A stretch of DNA of 64,000 nt from Glycera tridactyla (GCA_965644265.1 OZ286472.1:51150001-51214000); one strand, 5' to 3'. Shown: positions 38,265 through 52,554, numbered from the stretch's first letter. Program-made: numbers and translations. The notes: generated from the letters alone by a model not told the origin.

Positions 38265-40289
38265 TGTCCACCAAAACCTGGATCATGACCACTGGTCACT
38301 GAGTTTTTGCGAGAATATAAATTCATATCAAACACAGATGTTGTCAATCTTTTTGCAAGTAAGACATTCTGAATAAACTTTTGGCCATTTTTGTTACAAA
38401 TGCACCTAGTCCATTTTCCGAGTATATAGTTGTATTTGAAGATGATCACAAACTGATTGAAGTGTCAGTTGAAGCATGCTTGTCAGTGCTTGAGTTTGAG
38501 TGTCCAGACATGCTCTATGAAGTTTTTCATTCATATCCTCAAATACATTTTCATACAAGAAGCTCATCAACTAGTTGCATACATGTACATGGTGTGATAA
38601 AGCTGTGATAATACTGGCTGGGGGCGGCAAGCTACTGGTGGAAACGTCATAAAATAGAAGTTAGCGGAAAATCATGTGTGAAAAAATATCCTCCATTATT
38701 TGTGTAAATCTGACTAAACAAGTCTACAACAAACAAAGCAATGCTACGCCTGTGTTTCATTTGAAAAAACAGATTACATAACATACAGAAACATTTTATG
38801 AAAACTGATGTAACTCATAACAAAAAAGACACAGTATAGTGAAATCCCTGCAAGAGACCCTGTAATTAATGGTTTTTCCCTTTTGTGAGAAAGATATCAG
38901 CTTCCATTCAGATTGTTCCAGGGATAAGGCCCTTGGTCTCAATAATTTGGTCTCCCTAATATGGGCAACTAGCCCATTTTGTTTGTCCATATCAGCCACT
39001 GATAAATACACGTCACAACATATTGTGTGATGGCCAAACAATATTTCTAGTTTATCGCAGCTATAGTTAATCAGTGAAGTCAAATCCTTGAGAAAATTTT
39101 ATAAAATGATTGGCATTTCTGATGGCACAAAAGTGGTCATGGTGGCCCATTGTAGATGAACATTTTCCCTTTTTCATTTGTTCTGGGGAAAAGAAAAGCA
39201 ATAGAACTCTATTTGACATGAGGATGACTTTAATTTTTCATCTTGGTGAACTGATTCAATGAAATGTTTTCAGATTTCTATGAACTGCTTTTTGAATTGC
39301 TATAATTATTTCAAATCATTAGCTAAAAGGCTTTCCATCCTGGAGGGAACCCAGCCCTCCTAGAGACCACCCTAATTTGGTGTGACTCAACAGAGGTCTC
39401 AAAACAAGGGTTTCACTGAGGGAGGAACAAGGGGTGTTCTACGCTATGTAACACTTATGAGATAAACATGGGGGAAACAAATATGATATAAGTGCACTTC
39501 AAGATAGAGAAATAGACATGTAATCTACAATTAGATCTATCTCTTTTGTACAACTCCTGCAGAGCAAAACTCCCAAATCCTAACCCCAATAAGGTGTTCA
39601 ATTATCAAAGCCACTGTGGGGAGAAAAATTACCGTGATTATGTGGAATGTTAGACTTCAGTCTCAAACTTGAAACTATTCACAGATGAAAACTGACTATT
39701 ACAAGTTTGTAAAGAACAACAGGATGTTTTCTCTTCCAATCTTCCAGATCTTATTCCTTACAAATGAAGAAAAAAACAGCAACATGCTTTCTATGTATGA
39801 ATGTCCATGTCTTACACGGAATTTCCTATACCTCACAAGAAAATATCACTGTAATTTAGATCAAAAAGGACAGTAGATGTTTAGGAAGATGTAGTTGGTG
39901 GGAAATCCCCATAGGGCAGGCATAACTCATGCGATAAAGTGAAAAAGATCTACCGACAGCACTCTCCCACTTGGTTAAATTCTGAATAAATGTTGTCTGT
40001 CCATTTTCTATACCAGCTGCACTGGACAAGATGTATGAAGCAAAGGTTCAGAAAAGTAACTTGATCCCCAATGCATTCCAATGAAGGCTGATTGATTGAT
40101 TGATTGAATGATATTCTATTTCTTTTCAACCCAAGCAGGATCTCATGAGAAAGAAAAAAATAACCAATTTCCAGATATATTGTCAACGTAATATTTGAAC
40201 AATAAAAATAGGGAAGGGATTTTCTTGGAAGTAAACTAACAATACATGTACTTCGCAAACCAAATCCAGAATATTCATGATTGCAAATA

Positions 40290-40546
40290 CAGTCAAACCT
40301 GTCTATATAGAGAGGTGATCTCTCAAGCAGGTTCATCTGTATACACCTCTAATTTGATCGTCGCACAAAATGCTGCACTTGAGAATATGAATGTGATTTA
40401 TGAAGATTTGAACATTGAGTCACTTCCAGATGATTAGAATATACAGTTGAACCTGTCTAGAAAGTACTACCATGGTCGCAGCTCAGGGTGGTCTTTATAG
40501 AGAGGTGGTCACTACAGAGAGGTGGTCTTTAGAGCAGGTTCAACTG
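40290..40546. mobile_element. Two short CAGT MITE derivatives (40290-40339 and 40444-40546)
   Basis: Each is ta|cagt(c/t)(a/g)aacctg...caggtt...ctg|ta. Confidence 0.7.
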
Positions 40547-40701
40547 TATCATCTGATTTGAGTGCCTGTCAGATATGGTTACGACTGTGGGGATTTCACT
40601 TTATCTTGAGTCATCAGAAAGAAGAAAAAAACAAACTCACAAACACAAATTCCTTTCAAACCCACAAACACAGGCGTAGAAGCAACATTTTTAAGACTTA
40701 C

Positions 40702-40944
40702 ATAATCACCAACCTGAATCGAAACTTTATTGAAATAAGAATACAGTGCATCTTTCTGAATTTGCCGTATTCTATATTTCTCAGGATCTTCACCACCTGG
40801 TGGTCTTAATCGAAACTGTTCATCGTCCTGCTGTTGTAGCTGTATGAGTCGTTGTTTCTCTTGTTCAAGGCACATTCGTATCCGCTGTGCTTCCTGGCGC
40901 TGCGCTTCGATCATAGTCTGATGACGTCGCCGATACTCTGCCTC
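40702..40944 (-). CDS. LRCH: LRCH coiled-coil exon EAEYRRRHQTMIEAQRQEAQ...EDPEKYRIRQIQKDALYSYFNKVSIQVGDY
   Basis: gttacag|GAG; donor TAT|gtaagt (CAG|gttggt at 40714 is an in-frame alternative); 243 nt; phase 0-0. EKYRIRQIQKDAL resembles the EKIRTKQIQRDAV segment I recall from vertebrate LRCH. Confidence 0.85.
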
Positions 40945-43900
40945 CTGTAACACAAATTCCGCCATGCCTTGCCAATCAGAATGACATGTTTTTCATCTCT
41001 CATCTGATCAGAGTTAGAAACGCTGAGAATGTGAGTGATGAGATGGTCCTATGAGAAGTCAGAGCTCAATGGTAAAGCCCTTACTAGCTCATTTACATGG
41101 AGAAGGGCAGGTGAAAATGTTGGGAGAGCAGGGGAAAATTCCACATCACCTGCCCCAAAGACAGGTGAAAAGTTAATGTAGAGCCCCAAATTCTGATCAT
41201 TGGCAACCAAATGGTCAGTCCATCAAATGTGATCGGCTGTTAAAAATAAAACTGATTTTTTTTTCATGAACCATACAGTAAGTTCTAGCTCCTGAATCTA
41301 TCACGAATTGATGAGATGATCCAATGAACTAACTACTGGCTAGCTATCACAATTCGGATTTGGCTACTTGAATGTGACTAACAATGGCTAGTCAGGCTCA
41401 TAAATATCTCAAACAAACAGTGGAAGCTGGTTGTTTTCAGAGACAATTAGGGTGGCTACTCCAGACATATTTTGCTGAGGATCGTACATGGACAGTACAT
41501 CTCCCACTGTACAGAGCGACCCTTGTTGTAAGGAGATGAGGGATTTTGATGGCTGAATAAGGTGCACGGTAAAATTTGACAATAAGAGTAGAGGATGATG
41601 AACAATGCCCTACTGATAAAATGAAAAATGCTTTTGGAATCTCAATATATTCTCTCCCATGGTGATGATACAACACAAGTTATGTTTGCCACTGATACAA
41701 TCAACTTGAAGACAGATAGATACAAATCCAGATCAGATTGGAGGCTAAAAGACTTTTTATCTCTGATTGTCAATTGATAGGCTATACTGATACTGATCAA
41801 GCAAAAGCAGCTGGAATGAGGTCCTTGCTCAAGTGATGTGACACGCTCCACAGTGCTTACCACAAGGGGACCATAGCAACCCATGGCAACTGACTATGAT
41901 GTCATAAGTGAAACCAAAAATGAGGCTGCTGGGTGTGGGCTCCAATAATATTTGGTAAGTGCATTCTACACAGCTTTGAACGCATCATAATGATGAGATG
42001 GAAACAGACCACTTCCAAATCCTACAAAATTAGTGATGCAATCAACATCGCTGGAATCTCTACAAAATTAAAAGCAAGCAAGGAATGGTAGAATAAAAGA
42101 CTGGCTTGAACACAAACTGTTTAAAATGCGAGGTAAATCTTGGCATTTAATAACCATTAACCATCTAGGAGTAAAGTATATTCAGTTGTTACCACTTCTA
42201 TGGTTAATTAAGCTACTTCTGTTAAAATGAAAACCAGACTAAACTTATGTGAATCCTACAAAATGCCTTCATCACAATGTTGAACACAACCACACTCATG
42301 CATTTGACATTAAGTACTAGAAATTGACTATTCATACTTGAGCTATATTAGCTACATTTTGTTTCTTCTACTCTGGTGCTGTAATGGAAAAAATATGAGG
42401 GCGCACAATTTTCAAGGACACAGCTTGTTTGATCAGGGTAATATGAGAATATTATTCCATCTACTTCCTTGACCTCTTCACTTCTGGTTAACTGATTCTC
42501 CAAGCTGCCTCAGTATTTCCCAATCCAACAAGTTATATTACGTAATGGCCAGAGATGAAGCGATCAAGTGTGACAGATTGTATAAATCTCCCACAGGTCA
42601 GATGGGGCCAGGTCATGTGTAGTACTCCAAATTCTGGATTCTGATTGGTCAGTGTGTCAGTTAGTTGGAAAGTAGTCCCTACATAAACTCAATCCTTTGA
42701 TCAAAAAACGTAGCCATGGTATGAAAACAAGATCATAATCCTTTACAGGTGAGGTAATGAATTACACTTGATACAATTGGCATGGCAATTTCACTCAACC
42801 ATTGGCCTCATGAAGTGCCTCGGCAATTCCCACCTTCTGACAGAGTTCTACTCTCATGTTTTCTTACTATGATATCCAAACAAATAAGTTGGCCAAGAAT
42901 TAGCTTCCAAATGCATTTCCAGTGAAATTACCATTCGAAATGCCATGGCATTGGGTGCCCGACTTTGCAGCATATAGAGGGCTGTTATGTTCATAGATGA
43001 CAATAAAGGCGTTGTGTGTCAGAGAGCATGGGTACCATTGTTATCCTGTAATTACCTTCATACACTATTTCAACAACCACCAGCCAAGTCCCACAAGGAA
43101 TTTACTCCATATTTATTTGAATTTGAGATCCCTCCAGAAGGTTGGTTAAATTGGAAGGCATCCCTATCAATCCCAATGACATCACAACATGAGAAATGAC
43201 TGCATCCTTTTGATGGAAATAAAAAGTTTGTCAGACTTTCAAATTTCCTATCCTTGCCTTCCAGACTCATCCAAATATTGCATGAAAGAGGCCATGCCTT
43301 GAAAATAGATGTAACCATTGAAATATTGCATCAGTGCTTTCTATCTTATCTACTATATGTATGCAAAACTGTTTGCTCATCTACCTTCTTTTTGATTTTA
43401 TGGCTGATGTGACATGATTCGAACATGAGCTACAACACACACTGAAAGATTGAACCTGTGCATGCGTGCAAGTGAGCACATGAATAAGACAGGCAGGCAG
43501 ACATAGTCACAGAGGCAGACAAAGTCCCTTATATATATCTTAACGTAAGCAGATGCTCATCAGTGCAAATGAGTGTCAGATAAACTTGAATATTAGACCA
43601 CCTGAAAGAAATACGGTCATGAAGTCTGTGGGATGAGCCTTAGAAAAACTCAATTGAGAGAACTTTATGGTTGAGTTGAAGCAAAGATGTGAGCAATCTA
43701 CAGGTAGTTTGTTGTCTATTGTACATCCAAACTTCAAGCGGAACTTCCGAGTTGCAATGATTTTCTCACGTTACCACAGCAACCAGTTGAACCTGCTCCA
43801 AGATGAGACGCCCCCAGAGGAGGAGCCCATAAGGCATCTCAAAAATTTATCACAAGCAAGGCCTTAAATGAACTACTCCACTTGTTTCAAACACAGATCA

Positions 43901-44549
43901 TATATATGCAGGCTTTTGGCATCCATTTCACTAAAACAAATATGCACTCAGAACGGACATCAGCACTATCGACTGCTACCATTTTCTTAGAAGGAAATAT
44001 AGCATCAGCACTATCGACTGCTACCATTATCTTAAAGAGGAAATAGAGCATCTGATAGAACCTCTGCCATTTTGAAGTGCATTATATTGTTAGTGGAATG
44101 GGTTATGAAACACACACAGGGGCACACAAGACAGGTTAGACAATGCAGGTCATCACATGGCAAACCCCCAGACATGGACAAGACACACTGCGCAGTACTG
44201 GCATGCGTAAGCTTTAACATTATATCTGACTGGTACTACAATCTTAGACCTAATAAACCATACAGGTGTGCACATCCCGTGAAATGATCCGGTGTGGATA
44301 CACCAGGCAACATTGAATGACTATCTGATGATGAACTTCGTTCTTTATGCCATATCTTAGTCAATTTCTAAGTAAACTCAACATTGGCCACATCAGTGGC
44401 AGCATGCTGAGATGCCCATGCAGTCAGCATGGGATGGTGATCCTGCAATTCTTCGACAGAAACAGCAGTTCTATGAAATTTGTGGAGGCATGAAAATGCA
44501 ATTTTAGTAAGACGAAGCATTTTTTGATACTGATGGTATACTACAATAG

Positions 44550-45940
44550 AGATCTCAGAGAAAATGTCACAATGCATCCATAAGCACTTGAGCACTAATG
44601 ATTCATCAGGCATAACTTCAGAATTGATGATAACAAATTCAATATGATGGACAATGTTGAGGTCCCTTCAAATATTATCAACAATCGAAACATAGAGTGA
44701 TTGGATGGTTTTTGAATTGGCACCTCACTGAAAAAACTCAATCAAAGGTGTATACAATGGCTTCATACGATGGCCATGGGATCTCATGGAAATCTGCACT
44801 GAAGAATACACTGCCAAAGTAGATGCATGACTGAAATAACCTCCTTGTGATGAATGGATCTCGATTTCATTAACATGATAGCTAGATAATAGTGACAATT
44901 GCGGTTCACTTTCAATAACAGGAGAGAAAATAAACAATGTGAAAAAAGAAACATCTGTTCTGACTCAGAGGATGGGATCTTCCACATTCCCTGCCTTTTA
45001 TGAGGCACTTTTGTAGCTCAGGATGCGGAAAGAACACGTAAAACTAATATCGAAAGAGAGGATGGCACCTGCAGGTTTAACATATCATGCGAATCTGTCA
45101 AAAACACTTCCCAATCCAGTCAAACAGATGACAAACAATGAAATCAGTCCTGGATCTCAGCAGCTAGTAAAGCTATAAGGCATAAATTCTGCTCTCTACT
45201 GAAATCACCTCAAATATATGAGACCATGCAAGATGATCTGGGATCCAAACTGCCAGAAAAGAAAACTATTTGGCGAGGAAGCAAAACATTATTATTTTAT
45301 CAGAGTCCTTCAAAAACTATTCAAAATTTAGTACTTCATGTGAGGTCAAATAAACTGAAATCACACTGAAAAGTGATCAATCATTAGATTATGTCATCAC
45401 CCAATGAGAATAAGATATATTTTGAATATCACATACAGAAATTTGCATCTTAAAGATGATGTACTGGAACCAACCATTAATGAATGGTCCCAATCTTGGT
45501 TGTTCTCTTGAGTGAGGTGGTTTTTTTTGTGCATCTCAGTAGTATTTACCATTCCACCGTTGGTTCAATGAATCTTTATTGTAATTCTCATCACCTGAGA
45601 AAGCTTCTAGTGATGCCAAGTTTATGCACATTTGTCATATGCCTTCAAATATTCTTGGGCAGCCTTAATTCTTATTTTGTACGACTCCCAAAGTGAGAGG
45701 AACTCAGTCCCATCAAAGGCTGCAATGTCACTGGATAAATATAAAAAGGAAGCCACTATCTGCACATGAATACATCTCTGTTCAATTTTCAAGCTTCATA
45801 AAAGAAAATCTCCCATGGGAATGGCAACCAAATTTGACCATTTCTCCCCTGGCACTGTGCAGACTGGAGATGATACATTTCACAATGGATCGATTGAAGA
45901 GTTACAACAAAAACAATCTGTTTCGAAACTGGGACTGATT
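44550..45940 (+). mobile_element. Decayed CR1/L2-like LINE (EN-RT linker and RT start)
   Basis: HLSTNDSSGITSEL; SWISAASKAIRHK; KGCNVT...KGS; LTISPLALCRLEMIHFTMDRLKSYNKNNLF; many stops and frameshifts. Confidence 0.4.
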
Positions 45941-46048
45941 CCAACTTAGTGACTAGGTTGGGAAGTATTATGTCAGACCGGCTCAGTTTGTCAGTTCTAT
46001 GCATGCTCCCGGTACAGCGTGGGACAACATGACGCTGGAGTCACTTAC

Positions 46049-46090
46049 ATGTTGCTTGATATGCTGCTCAAACTGCGCTATAATCTCAGA
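46049..46090 (-). CDS. LRCH: LRCH 42-nt exon SEIIAQFEQHIKQH
   Basis: ttttgcgttttgctctgactacag|TCT...CAT|gtaagt; phase 0-0; helical composition continues into the next exon. Confidence 0.8.
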
Positions 46091-46183
46091 CTGTAGTCAG
46101 AGCAAAACGCAAAATGTAATAGCTTCGCTACATTCAACTCAAAATATCACTTACTGCTTCTGAATAAAGGGCTCCATTTTGCC

Positions 46184-46615
46184 TACATTCAGTTCCATTT
46201 TTTTACCCATGTCAGGTTTTTTATGAGCCCCAAAATGCAATTTAAATGCCAGTTCTAGAAGTATTGACACAAGATAATATTGATCACTATGTTTGGTATT
46301 TCCTATATTTGTACTAGATGATATGACTCACATATCAAATCACAGTGATATAGCACAGTGTTGGCTCTGAGGTTTGGCTCAAGCGAGACATTTGTCTCTG
46401 CACTATTGAAATGTGAGACATCTGTCTCATCACTTTTCAAACTGTGAGACATTACACTGTTAAGAGTTCCGAAGGTCTCTGAATATCACCAGTGATACAG
46501 GATTGGCAATATATTCAGAGATCACAGAGAAATGTGGGGTAAAATGTGTTTTTGAGAGCAATAGTTGCACCCCAAGTCCTGTAAAATCAAATGTGTATGA
46601 GTGGAACTGAATGTA
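46184..46615. mobile_element. ~430-bp TIR element
   Basis: Perfect 14-bp inverted termini tacattcagttcca / tggaactgaatgta; internal gagaca.ntgtctc palindromes. Confidence 0.55.
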
Positions 46616-48261
46616 CCTAGTTCTATCTATGCAGCACTCCCTCCCCTGCTAATCAAAATAAGAGACATTCATTCATGAAATCAACATGATACGTACGATA
46701 TTATCCTGACTCAGTTTTGCTTTCAAGATCGATGGTTGGCCAAGCCAAACTGAATGATAATCAAGGACTTATTCCTATCATACATCATGCTTGATTCCCG
46801 GAAGACCCAAATACAGGGATGCCAACCATTGATGGCCAAAAATAGTAATTATGCCCATTTTCTAGAGTAATGATATCAGTATATGTATTTTTTCGGGAAT
46901 ATGATTGAATTTTCCAAAAACACCCTAACTGATTCTCAGGAATATTTGTCATGAATCTACTTCTCAAATTCAAATTTTCACGCAATTTTTTGCATTGGCA
47001 TTACGACTGGTCAACTGATTCATCATAAGCAATCACTATTCATGAATGATTGTCTGTTCTCAACAAATATATCACTTGAATAATATAATATCTATCTTGA
47101 TATGAGGGTACACCAAGCTGCTTGAGATAATGACTAAGGGGGATCTCGTGATTGGTCAAATAAAATATATCAAATGTCATTGATGCAGGTAATCAAATAC
47201 AATCAGCATGATCACTATTTCAAAAGAGGAAAATGGCAGTGACAAACATGATGCGATGAATGCGATGAGCTTCGTACATGGGAAAGGCTGTATATGTGAG
47301 GCCATCCTGCAGGTAGACTGCACACAAGGCTGAATGCTGGGTTGTAAATATGAATAAAAATACTTGGGCCCAAACCTTCTGATTAATGGTGACCTGGGCC
47401 AATGTGACCCTGGCCCAATTTTCACATTTTGAGCCCGCCAATATCTTTATGTGTCAGCTGGCCCAGCTTTTTCATTCCAGCCATCCAAGGATAAATAGAA
47501 GGCCCATCATTTTGAGGAATGGTCAATGATATTTCTGGTTCAAGGGCCATAAGGCCCACTCAACTGTGAGATAATTAGAAGGTAGGAAGGCCACTAAAAT
47601 TCGAAGATTCTAGGCTATTCTTCACAAAAACCTGCAAAATGGGTTCACTTTTTTGAGAAATGTTCCAACCATCTTGGTAATTTTGTAGGCAGAGTGCCTG
47701 GAAAACAGACCATCACTGAATGAAATGTATGAAATGCTCCAACAGTCCTCCTGGATGCAACCCTTCGAAGGCATCAGGCAAATTCTTCCAGCATGAGACC
47801 TCATATACACAGCACAAATTGGGTTCTGTATTTATTATTTGATATGCTTAGCCACAGGTTCTCATGAAATTTTTGCTATGGTTCATCGCTATGTAGACAT
47901 ATGCAATCATAACAAACTGCCAAGGGATTGTAAAATAACTCCTGTACAATGAAAGGCATTTTTTCAAAGAATTGTTTGTAATCGGTAACAGTCAATATAT
48001 TTTCTTCTTCAGAAAATCCCCCCAAATGGGTACATTAAATAGGTAATTTTTCTTCACAAAATCCTATCAAACGGGTACAATCAATAGGGAATAAATGCAA
48101 AACCCTTTTGCTGATTTACCTGTGTATAAGTATATCAGATAATGAAACAAACTTGACAAACAATGCAGACAGTATCTTGGTGGCAAAAAAATGAGCGACT
48201 ATTCAAAAATGAAATATCAGTCTTGCTGAGTATAACGTGATGTAGGATGGCGAATACTCAC

Positions 48262-48442
48262 AGGCGAGAGGTTGTGGTTGATCGTGGGCAAGCCACCGTT
48301 GTATGATGGCACTTCAATGCTGCTCGATACAATATGTGGCGACGCCGGTGCAGGGGCCTGTGGTGGTGCTGGCGCCGGTGCTGGAGGCTGTGGTGGTGTC
48401 GGTGGTGGTGCATCTATACTACTGGAGGATTCAGAACCCACA
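48262..48442 (-). CDS. LRCH: LRCH Pro-rich exon VGSESSSSIDAPPPTPPQPPAPAPAPPQAPAPASPHIVSSSIEVPSYNGGLPTINHNLSP
   Basis: ctcttcctctgttgcag|T...CCT|gtgagt; 181 nt; phase 2-0; GC-rich relative to the flanks. Confidence 0.85.
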
Positions 48443-48486
48443 CTGCAACAGAGGAAGAGTGGGACTGATTGGCTGGTTCGCTGACC

Positions 48487-48549
48487 GGCTGATTGACAGA
48501 CAGACTGACAGACAGACTGGCTGGTAGGTTGTTTGACTGAATGGCTGAT

Positions 48550-48609
<60 letters not shown>

Positions 48610-48800
48610 TGACTGACTGACTGACTGACTGACTGACTGAATGACAGGCAGGTTGGCTGATCGACTGACTGACTGACTGACCGGCTGTTTACCTGACTGA
48701 CTGACTGCCTGACTGGGTGGCCAACTAACTCACTTGTTGGCAGGCTGACTGACTGAATAACTTACATACTGGTTGACTGACTGAATGACATACTGGATGA
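48487..48800. repeat. (GACT)n microsatellite, just upstream of the Pro-rich exon acceptor
   Basis: Directly visible. Confidence 0.95.
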
Positions 48801-48974
48801 CAGTTCTGTACTTATCATGGTAAACCTAGCTGATGTCTTAACATAGATGCCAACCTCTGATGGATGAAACTAGTAGCAGTCTATTATTCCATTGTGGATA
48901 CTGGCAGAGCTACTCTTTGAGCTAGACTGCCTGAATTGAGAGACCTCTCTCTAAAAACCCTTTTCCATTTGAGA

Positions 48975-49151
48975 CAGGGTTGCATCCAGGATTTTCAAAA
49001 TTGGGGGTATATACCCACTAAAATTGAGAAAAGGGCAAAATTCCCTCCTTGCTGATTCAGGGGGCATCCTGACCTGTGATTGCCTTTGAGAGGGGCAAAC
49101 AGTCGATTAAATGCGTGAAATGCCCACATGCCCCCTCTGACTACAACCCTC
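48975..49151. mobile_element. Second CAGGGTTGCATCCAG MITE copy
   Basis: Same first ~30 nt as 25655; ends ctacaaccct. Confidence 0.65.
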
Positions 49152-50239
49152 TTAAAATATACCTTTGAAGAGAGACCACCTCTTTTTTAGGACCAAATCA
49201 AGTTGACTTTTAAGCATCCTCTTGTCACAGGCATAGGTGGTCACTGAGAACATGTTTAACTGTAATTTTATTTGTCAGTTGGCAAAGTGAAGTATGCAAA
49301 GTAGTGTACATGAACAGCACAATCCACAATTAAAACAGATACAACAAATACAGTGCAAGCAGGCCCTAGATGATATGTATACACCAATACCTTTATACCA
49401 CATATACCATACATGCAGATCCTCAAAATAATATCCTGTGCAAGATTCAGTATGTGTCCAAGAAATCGAGGAGAATGAGATATGAATACTATACCTCACA
49501 CAGGATGTTGCATCCCACTTCAATCTCCCACCTTCAACTGAATTCACTATGACCTATCTCTATCAAATTACTAATCGTATTCCAAAATCGTAGGCTCACT
49601 AATCTTGACCTGGTACCATTGCACTCGACATTTCATATAGGCTCACAATCACTTGGATCTTCAAACAAAAATTAAGTTTTTTGTGCTAGGGGCACAGTCG
49701 ATCATTGGCACTATTCGGGAAACATAGAACTTTAAATGGACTATTTAACCAAATGAGGAACACACATGCATATAATTTGTCCAGCTTAACATGCAAGGTG
49801 TACTTGACTGGGACACAAGCAGAGTTAACTATCTATACTCCATACCACATTTTCAGAGTATTATCATAGTGAAACTCAATCTTTGGATAGTAGCCTTACA
49901 GCAGAAGTTTCCAGTTCGCAGCAGTGTGAAACCTATCACAGAGCGTACCCCAATTTGATGACGGAAGCAATCCTTTTCATCATATGAAGATACTGGTTAG
50001 ATTCATAGTTTTAAAAATCTAAATCTGATGTACAACATTATGGTGTGAAGATCTTCCGACTTGGAATTCCATTAAAAATCAAACGAAAAGAGTCTAACTG
50101 TGATAGAGATCCTGTTCATGAATCAGCATCATCAAATTTCAATGCTATCGATTCATTTTTTTAGGAAAGACTTGCTATCAAGGAGTCAATAGCAGACTAT
50201 ACATAGCTGTTTCTATGACGGTGAGTGCTACAAACATAC

Positions 50240-50386
50240 CTATTAGGCCAGCTGGCCCCTTCACTGCCATCTCCGGCATCGCGCTGACTGGTAAAGGCAG
50301 ATTCCGAAACTGTCCGCCGATAATTATTATTAGAATGATCCTGCTTTCTCTCCTCCTCTCGGAAACTCTGAGAATGAGGCAGACGT
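50240..50386 (-). CDS. LRCH: LRCH linker exon RLPHSQSFREEERKQDHSNNNYRRTVSESAFTSQRDAGDGSEGASWPN
   Basis: tttccacctttgcag|A...AG|gtatgt; 147 nt; phase 2-2. Confidence 0.85.
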
Positions 50387-52554
50387 CTGCAAAGGTGGAA
50401 ACGTGAAAGTGGTAGGGAAAGAGCATGCATGAAATGAGACTTAACCTTCAATCCTACAAAGGAGACAAAGCAGCAAAGCCACATTGAACTGTGGATCGGG
50501 CGTATGACCCCCAACTCTCTATCTTGACTCATTCTGCATCACAGATCAATTAATTAATGCAGTCTTTTCAAATAGAATATCTACTAGGAAGCAGCACTGT
50601 CATAGGATATTCTCAGCTTGCGACCCTGTGCCCTAGAAACATTGATTGAGCAAATGAAACATAGCTCATATAGAAATATGCTGGCTTGGCATATATTTCT
50701 TGAGATATTCACAAATGTCTCTGATATTAGTATGTACACTGAAAGATTTCACCAATGGAGAAAAAGGTTTCATCACATCTGGCAGACTGTATGCAGCAAT
50801 GTTTCACTCCCTGGAAACTTTTTTCAAGGCACATGAAGTTCTCTGGGATGTGAATGATGTCAATTTGACTAGAAATAACTTCGCTGTTTTGTGCTGGTTA
50901 TGCAATTTGTTGTGCTACAAAGGCTACAGATAGAGTGTTTTCTCTTATTCTCAGAACAACATTCATCAGAAGTCCAGTTCAAAGATCTGAGGAAACAATA
51001 GATCCTGTCTCAGCAAGAGCTGCAATGAGGGAATCCACTGAAGTGATGGTGATACCGTCTCCAAAAGCATTCTCCTATTATCCTTCAGAAATCTCAGGCA
51101 GTGTGGTTCCCTTCACCCATCATACATCACTGGTGCATTAGAAGTCAAGGTCAAAGACGAAAAGATGGGTGATGCTGGCTGGGCAGTGCATGGATGAGGG
51201 ATAGAAATGAGCTTCAATCAAGATGTGATCAACCCTGATACAAGGAGAACATCAATACTGAATATGACATCTGAGTTTCAAATTTCAAAGCTCTATAAAC
51301 AAGAGAACACTGGACCTAGAAACTGTTTCTGATTAAAAGAAAAGGGAAAATCCTGTTCGTAATGGGCTGTTCATGTGTAATCCAATTTCCAAAGTACTGA
51401 ATAAAAGTGAAATCACTTCTGAATAAGCTACATAAAACCTAATGCAGTGATGCCTGTGATATGAAGCGAACTTTTGAAAATTGGTATTTTTTTCGAATAC
51501 CACATATGCTCAACAGTGTCTGTCCCAAAACTTCCAGCCAGATTGCAGTATCCTTTTCAACTCAAATCTTTCATCATATTTTCCGAATTCCATTCTTATT
51601 GGGGGGGGGGGGGGGGGGGGGAGGGAGGGAGGGGGGGGGGGGAGATATCACTGAAAATGTGGTCTAAAATCAGGGTGGTTCCCACCAATTTATTTTTTTT
51701 CCAGGAAGAAGGGGCAGGGGTAGGCCAGCATATGTGTGGATGAGTTACACACAGGTTTTATGGGCATTGCTATTACATACGACAGACAACAACCTCTCAA
51801 TGCATTATCAAATTTTGACAAAACTGGATTGGTTTGTCCTAACATGATCTTGAATACAGTGGAATCCAAAGTCATCAATTTTCCATTTGATAATGCCATT
51901 CACGGACGAACATGATCACAAAACTCCAAAGGACCAAATTCACCAACATGGAACAACAGCTAAATATTCAACAGTCAAAAAATATGTGGCACAAATTTCA
52001 GTACAACCGGCACCATTACGCGAGCACAAGCTGGACGAAAAGCAGGATACTTCACTCGAAGATTCAATATATTTCCAGGATTCTATATATTGTTTCAGAA
52101 AATGCCACAGAAGAAAGAAATCATATACAACATGAAAATGAATTCTTTCAACATTCATGCCTGCTTTTATTTAGATGGAAAATTTTAGAGCAAAAGAATG
52201 GCAATTACAGCCATATTTCATTCTTGTGTCAAAGGCACTAAGCTAACAAGTGTCAATATCATACTTGTCATTTCAAACCAATAAGCACGTCAAGAGAACT
52301 GGAAATTAGGTGATATGGGTCCAGATTTTCAGTTGATTAAGAGTATAAAACTGGGAAAATTCTGTTGAAAATGTCTTGATTTGGGGGGCTAAACAAGATA
52401 GGCTACATTCTTGGAAGGATATGAGCATTAAGTTGATATCTTAAATAAGGAAGATTGATTCACAATTGTCTTGTGAGACCAAAACCAAGCACTTGAGTGT
52501 AGATCGCAACACCACCATAGAAAAATTTCACCTGGATAATGAATTGCAACTCAC

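Noticed and set aside
38615-38635. Candidate microexon after ctaac...tttccaccag
   Set aside because: The first AG gives an immediate TAG in phase 0 and the donors are weak; not needed for the reading frame
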